A stretch of 13,417 nt of DNA from assembly GCA_038279365.1 (NCBI GenBank), contig JAYODI010000117.1, positions 1-13,417 of the forward strand, read 5' to 3'. Position 1 is the first letter of the stretch. Every line of letters starts with the position of its first letter. Position numbers and translations under genes: made by a program. The notes under the pieces are model-generated. The model worked only from the letters and a program-made list of their open reading frames with translations. It was not told the origin of the DNA and ran no database searches. This stretch comes from Candidatus Latescibacterota bacterium (lineage in GTDB: Bacteria; Latescibacterota; UBA2968). Positions 8,268-13,417 of this stretch are shown piece by piece.

Positions 8268-9320
8268 ATGTCCAAATATCCACACAATTTCATCGGGTGC
8301 CTTCTCTGCCTCATCACCCTCCTAAGCTGTGCCCCATCTCAACAAGAGTGGACACCCCCAAACCAACTCTCTGAATATGGCCTCTTTCAAGACACGGGTG
8401 CCACCCAAGTTCCCATGTCCCATGTCATCCCCTATGACATCAACACCCCTCTTTTTTCAGATTACACCACCAAATATCGATTCATCAAAATCCCCCAAAA
8501 CACATCTGCTACCTACCATGCAACCGACACATTCGACCTCCCCGTAGGCACCATCATTGCCAAAACATTTGCATATCCCCAAGACATGCGCGATCTCTCA
8601 AAAGGCCAACGTCTCCTTGAAACGCGCCTCCTCATCCACCGTCCCAACGGATGGATTGGTTTACCTTATGTTTGGAATGAACAACAAACCGACGCCACCC
8701 TCGAAATTGCCGGTGAAACCTTAGATGTTCGATGGACACACACCGATGGACAAACCCGATCCAACACCTACTTGGTCCCCAATGTCAACCAATGCAAACA
8801 ATGCCACGACCAACATGGCACCCTTAAACCCATCGGCATTCGCGCCCGTCATCTCAACCGAGATTATCCATACGATCATATTACCACAAATCAACTCACC
8901 TACTGGTCTCGTATAGGCATTTTAAAAAATGCACCCAATCCACAAAATGCACCCAAACTCGCCCAATGGCACAACCCAAATACAGGCACCCTCAACGAGC
9001 GTGCACGCGCCTATCTCGAAATCAACTGCGCCCACTGCCATTCACCCGAAGGGCGTGCCTGGAGTGCAGGCATAGACCTTACCGCAAGCCAAACAGATCC
9101 ATCTCTCATCGGCATCTATAAAACATCCACCGCCGCAGGTGCAGGCACCGGTGGACGCGACTATGACATCGTTCCCGGAAAACCCGACGCATCCATCATC
9201 ACCTACCGCATCGCCTCTACCCAACCCAATGTTGCCATGCCCGAACTCGGTCGTCGCCTTGTTCACACCGAAGGCCTCGCTCTTATTGAACAATGGATTG
9301 CTGCCATGCCTCAGGAATGA
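8268..9320 (+). CDS. Diheme c-type cytochrome lipoprotein (SO2930/TIGR03806-like)
   Basis: Lipobox LLSC(21). LSEYGLF, PYD.NTPLFSDY..K.RF, P.GT.I.KTF, ETRLL; CKQCH (8793-8807) and CAHCH (9027-9041); C-terminal MPELGR. Confidence 0.87.
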   Translation: MSKYPHNFIGCLLCLITLLSCAPSQQEWTPPNQLSEYGLFQDTGATQVPMSHVIPYDINTPLFSDYTTKYRFIKIPQNTSATYHATDTFDLPVGTIIAKTFAYPQDMRDLSKGQRLLETRLLIHRPNGWIGLPYVWNEQQTDATLEIAGETLDVRWTHTDGQTRSNTYLVPNVNQCKQCHDQHGTLKPIGIRARHLNRDYPYDHITTNQLTYWSRIGILKNAPNPQNAPKLAQWHNPNTGTLNERARAYLEINCAHCHSPEGRAWSAGIDLTASQTDPSLIGIYKTSTAAGAGTGGRDYDIVPGKPDASIITYRIASTQPNVAMPELGRRLVHTEGLALIEQWIAAMPQE

Positions 9321-9343
9321 CCACAACAACAAAAGGAAAAACA

Positions 9344-10852
9344 ATGCCACAAAAATCTCTATCCGACCTCTCACCAAATGCCCGCGACCTCACCATTGCC
9401 TCTCTCAACTGGTCCGAACAATACTGGAATGAAGAAGGCGCGCTTTTAGCACTTGGTTCAAATAAAGAAACCGCCCATCTCAGCGTCAGAAACTCCATCT
9501 GGTTTGCCTTAGGTCTTTTCCTTCGCAACGAAAACAACGACATCTCCCGTGCCAACCGCATCATCCACGCCGTTATCGATCAGCAATTTGACGAACCCGG
9601 CACCCTCTACCACGGCACTTATTATCGTTATGTGGGTGAACCTCATCCGCCAGAAAACCCCACCACGTGGAAAGACTTTGACCCCAACTGGCGTCAATTT
9701 ATTGGCACCGTACTCGCCATCATCCGCGAAGAATATTCACAATGTCTCTCACCCGATCTGCCACAAAAAATCGACCGCTCCATCCAACTCGCCATAGAAG
9801 GTGAACCCACAGACCGATGTCCACCAAGTTACACCAACATTGCCCTCATGAAAGCCGCTCTCATGACATGGGCTGGCCATCGTTATAATCGCACAGACTG
9901 GATGCAAACAGGTGAAGACTTTGCCCATGCCGTCTACGACCTCTTCACCCAACACGGCACCTTCGACGAATACAACTCCCCCACCTATTACGGTGTCAAC
10001 TTTTATGCCCTTGCCCTATGGCGTCTTTATGCCCACTCCGACAAACTCGCCCAATGGGGCACCGAAATTGAAACCATCCTCTGGCGCGACGTGGCCCAAT
10101 ATTATCACGCCGACCTCAAAAACATGTGTGGCCCATTCACCCGCAGTTACGGCATGGACATGCCCAACTACGGCGCCCTCTTAGGCATGTCCATTTGGCT
10201 CGGCATCGGTCGCGACCAAGCCCCATTTCCAAACGAATCGGGTTTCTTCGACCATTGTGCCGATTTTGTTTATGGCCCCTGTTTTGGCATTTCCGAAACG
10301 CGCATTCCAGAAGACATCTTACATCACTTCACCACCTTCTCGGGTGAACGTCAATTTGAAAAACGCATCTCTCAAATACCCGACCGCGTGGTCACGGCCT
10401 ATTTGGGCCCCAATATCATGATTGGTGCAGAAGCCACGCCCTTAGAAGGCGATCCCAAAAACACCTTTTACAAACTCACCGATCAATTTCATCCAGCCAC
10501 CATCCATTGGCAATTGCCCAACGGAAAAACAGCTTGGATGCGCCTTCGCCACATCGGTGCCATCAACGCCCACGCAACAAAAGGGCACCTCAACATCACC
10601 GGAAAAATCGAACCCGACCTGCTTGAAAAACATGGCGACAACCATCAAAACTTCATCTTTCAATTCAACATACCAGACACCGTATCAACAGATGCTTTCC
10701 AATCAAACAACTGGCATCTACCCGGTTTATCCATCACCATAAAAACCGACATACCCGCGCCTCAAATAGAACGCGATGAAAACATCATCAACGTACGATA
10801 CAGAATTCCTAACCAAACAAAAATGCCCAACTTTATACTGGAACTCATTTAG
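9344..10852 (+). CDS. Uncharacterised 502-aa protein, probably an enzyme (helical N-domain, beta-rich C-domain)
   Basis: Long ORF with native codon bias; SD AAGGA before the ATG at 9344. Motif-like blocks DPNWRQFIG, YTNIALM, EYNSPTYYG, GPFTRSYG. No signal peptide. Confidence 0.8.
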   Translation: MPQKSLSDLSPNARDLTIASLNWSEQYWNEEGALLALGSNKETAHLSVRNSIWFALGLFLRNENNDISRANRIIHAVIDQQFDEPGTLYHGTYYRYVGEPHPPENPTTWKDFDPNWRQFIGTVLAIIREEYSQCLSPDLPQKIDRSIQLAIEGEPTDRCPPSYTNIALMKAALMTWAGHRYNRTDWMQTGEDFAHAVYDLFTQHGTFDEYNSPTYYGVNFYALALWRLYAHSDKLAQWGTEIETILWRDVAQYYHADLKNMCGPFTRSYGMDMPNYGALLGMSIWLGIGRDQAPFPNESGFFDHCADFVYGPCFGISETRIPEDILHHFTTFSGERQFEKRISQIPDRVVTAYLGPNIMIGAEATPLEGDPKNTFYKLTDQFHPATIHWQLPNGKTAWMRLRHIGAINAHATKGHLNITGKIEPDLLEKHGDNHQNFIFQFNIPDTVSTDAFQSNNWHLPGLSITIKTDIPAPQIERDENIINVRYRIPNQTKMPNFILELI

Positions 10853-10856
10853 GCAC

Positions 10857-10902
10857 TTGAAAAAGAACAAAAACTACTGTAAGTTTCAGTAAATTCTGAA
10901 AC
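10857..10902 (+). promoter_or_regulatory. Predicted TA promoter with operator palindrome
   Basis: TTGAAA (10857-10862), 17 bp, TAAGTT (10880-10885). Inverted repeat GTTTCAG-TAAATT-CTGAAAC (10883-10902), then SD GGAG. Confidence 0.5.
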
Positions 10903-10911
10903 GGAGCCAAA

Positions 10912-11151
10912 ATGGAACAAAAAAATGACCTACTCAAACGTATTACAATAAACCATGAAATATGCCATGGAAAACCTTGTATACGTAATTTGAGATATCC
11001 TGTTGAAATGCTACTCGAACTTTTAAGTTCAGATATGTCTATACAAGATATATTGGATGATTATGAAGACTTAGAACGAGAAGATCTGCTTGCTGCAATG
11101 GCATTTGGAGCCCAACTGAGTCGCGTTAAAAGAATGCAATTGGTTGAATGA
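10912..11151 (+). CDS. DUF433 domain protein, putative antitoxin
   Basis: RITIN.EICHGKPCIRNLRYPVE.LLELL...MS..DIL.DY.DLE.EDL.AA. Confidence 0.92.
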   Translation: MEQKNDLLKRITINHEICHGKPCIRNLRYPVEMLLELLSSDMSIQDILDDYEDLEREDLLAAMAFGAQLSRVKRMQLVE

Positions 11152-11501
11152 AACTTTTAATTGATGCACATTTTCCAAAACGTTTGGCAAATCAATTGTC
11201 TGATATTGGATACGATGTCATACATACACGCGATCTTATCAAAGGCAATAGAACAACCGACGCTGAAATGAATACAATGTCTTTGCAAGAATCTCGTATC
11301 GTTGTCACAAAGGACAGTGATTTTGTAAATTCATTCATAACCCAAGGTCGTCCATACAAACTTTTATTGGTTTCAACGGGTAATATTTCGAACTGGCAAT
11401 TATCACAGTTATTTTTGAGAAATATCAACCTTCTTGACGAAGGATTTTCAAAATATAGATTTATCGAAATAAACCAAAACAGCATCATTTATCACGAATA
11501 A
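11148..11501 (+). CDS. DUF5615 family PIN-like protein, putative toxin (VapC45-like)
   Basis: MKLLIDAH.P, G.DV.H, D.E, RIVVTKDSDF, GN. ATGA overlap with the DUF433 gene. Confidence 0.9.
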   Translation: MKLLIDAHFPKRLANQLSDIGYDVIHTRDLIKGNRTTDAEMNTMSLQESRIVVTKDSDFVNSFITQGRPYKLLLVSTGNISNWQLSQLFLRNINLLDEGFSKYRFIEINQNSIIYHE

Positions 11502-11544
11502 CCTGCCATAATTTGTGCAGGTTATTTTGTATGAAGGAACAAAC

Positions 11545-12336
11545 ATGTCTGTTTCTATTGAAGACCGCTTTCACTTTGATCTATCTGGGTTTCTCATCCT
11601 GCGTAATGTGCTTACACCTGAAGAATGTGAAACCTATCTCAACACATTACAAAAATTAGAACAACAAGAATACGAAGACATTTGGCTCAAAGAAAAAGGA
11701 CCAGGCCGCCCCACCAAAGAAACCGATCGCGAACATCAAATCCGTCTCAATGGCTTGCCTCGCTTAGATCCTATTTTTGATGCGCTCATTGCACACCCAA
11801 CTATTGTTCCCTATCTCAAAGAATTTATGGGCCTGCCACAGCTTGCCAACACATGGTCCATCTCCAAATCACAAGGTGCGCCCCAAGGTGGCTGGCATCG
11901 CGGCATTCCCACCACCGATTATTCCTATCGCAATGGCGACATTCGAAGCCGCATGCTCAATGTTGTCTTCTTCCTCACAGACAACGGCCCCAACGACGGT
12001 TGTGTGGTTGCTATTCCAGGTTCTCACAAAAGCAGCTTTGACCTTACTTGGCGCGATTACAAAGCATTAGACATGCCCGGTGCAATTCCTGTCACAGGAA
12101 AAGCAGGTGATGTGTTTATGTTCTCCGAAGCCACCATTCACGACGGCCTTCCCAAAACCACCAAACCCATACGCACCAACCTCTATTACAACTATGTGCA
12201 CGCCCATTACAACGTCATGAACCGCGAACCCAAAAACTGCCATCACTTCTACTTTCCACCCGATATACGTGCCCGATTCAACGACGACCAAAAAGCCATG
12301 ACCCAATGGATGGAATTATCACGATGGGACTATTAA
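11545..12336 (+). CDS. Phytanoyl-CoA dioxygenase (PhyH) family Fe(II)/2-oxoglutarate enzyme with an HxG iron site
   Basis: F...GFLILRNVLT.EE, LIAHP, WHRG, V.FFLTD.GP.DG....IPGSHK, GKAGDV..F.E...H.G, R..L. Start moved to 11545 (SD AAGGA). Confidence 0.9.
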   Translation: MSVSIEDRFHFDLSGFLILRNVLTPEECETYLNTLQKLEQQEYEDIWLKEKGPGRPTKETDREHQIRLNGLPRLDPIFDALIAHPTIVPYLKEFMGLPQLANTWSISKSQGAPQGGWHRGIPTTDYSYRNGDIRSRMLNVVFFLTDNGPNDGCVVAIPGSHKSSFDLTWRDYKALDMPGAIPVTGKAGDVFMFSEATIHDGLPKTTKPIRTNLYYNYVHAHYNVMNREPKNCHHFYFPPDIRARFNDDQKAMTQWMELSRWDY

Positions 12337-12351
12337 CATTCGGAGTTAGCC

Positions 12352-13284
12352 ATGGATGAACACATTTCAAACCTGCTCAAACAAGTCAGTGGCCAACACA
12401 TGAGGAACACCATATACCATTTGGCCAAAGACCCACTCCCTTTTCGCAAACTCAATTATACACGCCCAGGTCAAAACAAATGCTCCTTGTATGAAGCCGA
12501 CGACTACCTGCAATCCCAGCTTGAATCTTTTGGTTACACCGTTCAAAAAGAAGGCGTGCAAGTACAAGCTTTTCGGTGCGACACATCCAAACCCAAAGCC
12601 CAGCAATATTCACCTCCCATGCCCGAAGACCCGTGGTACACGGCTTACAACCTTTATGCCGAAAAAACAGGCACAACAAATCCAGAAGAAATCATCCTCA
12701 TCTTGGCACACAAAGACTCACAAAGCTGGGTCGATTCACCCGGTGCCAACGACAATGGCGTTGGCACCGCCGCCGTATTAGAGCTTGCCCGCGTCATCAG
12801 CACCATCACACCCAGCCGCACCATTCGCTTTCTCTTTTGCAACGAAGAACACAGACCTTGGACCAGTGTAACCGCCGCAGAACAAGCCGCAAAACGCGGT
12901 GACAACTTGGTCGCCATCTTTAACCTCGATGGCCTTTCTCGCGGCACCCCCGAAGACAAAGCCGCAGGGCGCAAAACCAATGTCACCCTCTTTACCGAAC
13001 CCGAAGGCGAACGCTTTGCCGACCTCATGGCCCAAATGAATGACACCTACCAACTTGGCCTGCATCAGCGCAAACAACAACGCACACGCCCCGGTGACGA
13101 CGACGGCTCATTTATCAATGCCGGTTTCAAACATGCCATCATCAACATTGGTTCATATCCCTATGGCGATCCACATTATCACACCGAACAAGATCATCCC
13201 GAAAACGTAGACTTCGAAAACCTCGTCTTAGCGACCCAACTCAGTTTGGCCGCAACCTTGCACACAGCAAGCAATGGTGCCTAA
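12352..13284 (+). CDS. M28 family metallopeptidase (no signal peptide)
   Basis: N..A...G, ILILAHKDS, PGANDNG.G.A..LELAR, IRF..CNEE, NLD, YHT..D. SD GGAG. Confidence 0.88.
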   Translation: MDEHISNLLKQVSGQHMRNTIYHLAKDPLPFRKLNYTRPGQNKCSLYEADDYLQSQLESFGYTVQKEGVQVQAFRCDTSKPKAQQYSPPMPEDPWYTAYNLYAEKTGTTNPEEIILILAHKDSQSWVDSPGANDNGVGTAAVLELARVISTITPSRTIRFLFCNEEHRPWTSVTAAEQAAKRGDNLVAIFNLDGLSRGTPEDKAAGRKTNVTLFTEPEGERFADLMAQMNDTYQLGLHQRKQQRTRPGDDDGSFINAGFKHAIINIGSYPYGDPHYHTEQDHPENVDFENLVLATQLSLAATLHTASNGA

Positions 13285-13295
13285 AACAGATCAAG

Positions 13296-13334
13296 AAAAA
13301 GCCCCCGCGATGGCTCATCGCGGGGGCTTTTTTT
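13296..13334 (+). terminator. Intrinsic terminator (probably bidirectional)
   Basis: AAAAAGCCCCCGCGATG-GCT-CATCGCGGGGGCTTTTTTT, 11 nt after the M28 stop. Confidence 0.88.
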
Positions 13335-13417
13335 ATGCTCATCCATTTCATTCACAAATAAACCACCAACAGGCTATGGGTTCGCTGTTGTCTTACGCCA
13401 CGCCAAAAACGCCATCA

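Noticed and set aside
13393-13417. Possible 3' end of a convergent minus-strand gene (...DGVFGVA*)
   Set aside because: Consistent with a bidirectional terminator but too short to support.

Overview
Bacterial chromosomal segment with two divergent gene blocks meeting at an ilvC/ilvY control region (~5780-6112). Leftward (- strand): a long, plant-plastid-like ketol-acid reductoisomerase (ilvC), a YceI protein, an ABM/quinol-monooxygenase-like protein, an AraD1/GguC (FAH-superfamily) protein, an EamA/DMT transporter and a YiiD_C-type hotdog thioesterase. Rightward (+ strand): ilvY (LysR), a parallel beta-helix lipoprotein with a diheme cytochrome c lipoprotein, a 502-aa uncharacterised protein, an AT-rich DUF433/DUF5615(PIN) toxin-antitoxin pair, a PhyH-family Fe(II)/2OG enzyme and an M28 peptidase. 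Most notable: (1) the PhyH enzyme has H-R-G instead of H-x-D/E, the halogenase-type iron site; (2) the plant-type KARI sits under an E. coli-like IlvY operator/promoter layout; (3) ilvY appears co-transcribed with the beta-helix/cytochrome system; (4) the intergenic DNA holds inverted heptamer arrays, a GTAG-type REP hairpin that supplies a stop codon, and a ~175-nt multi-hairpin element. All family calls come from recognising motifs by eye; no searches were run.
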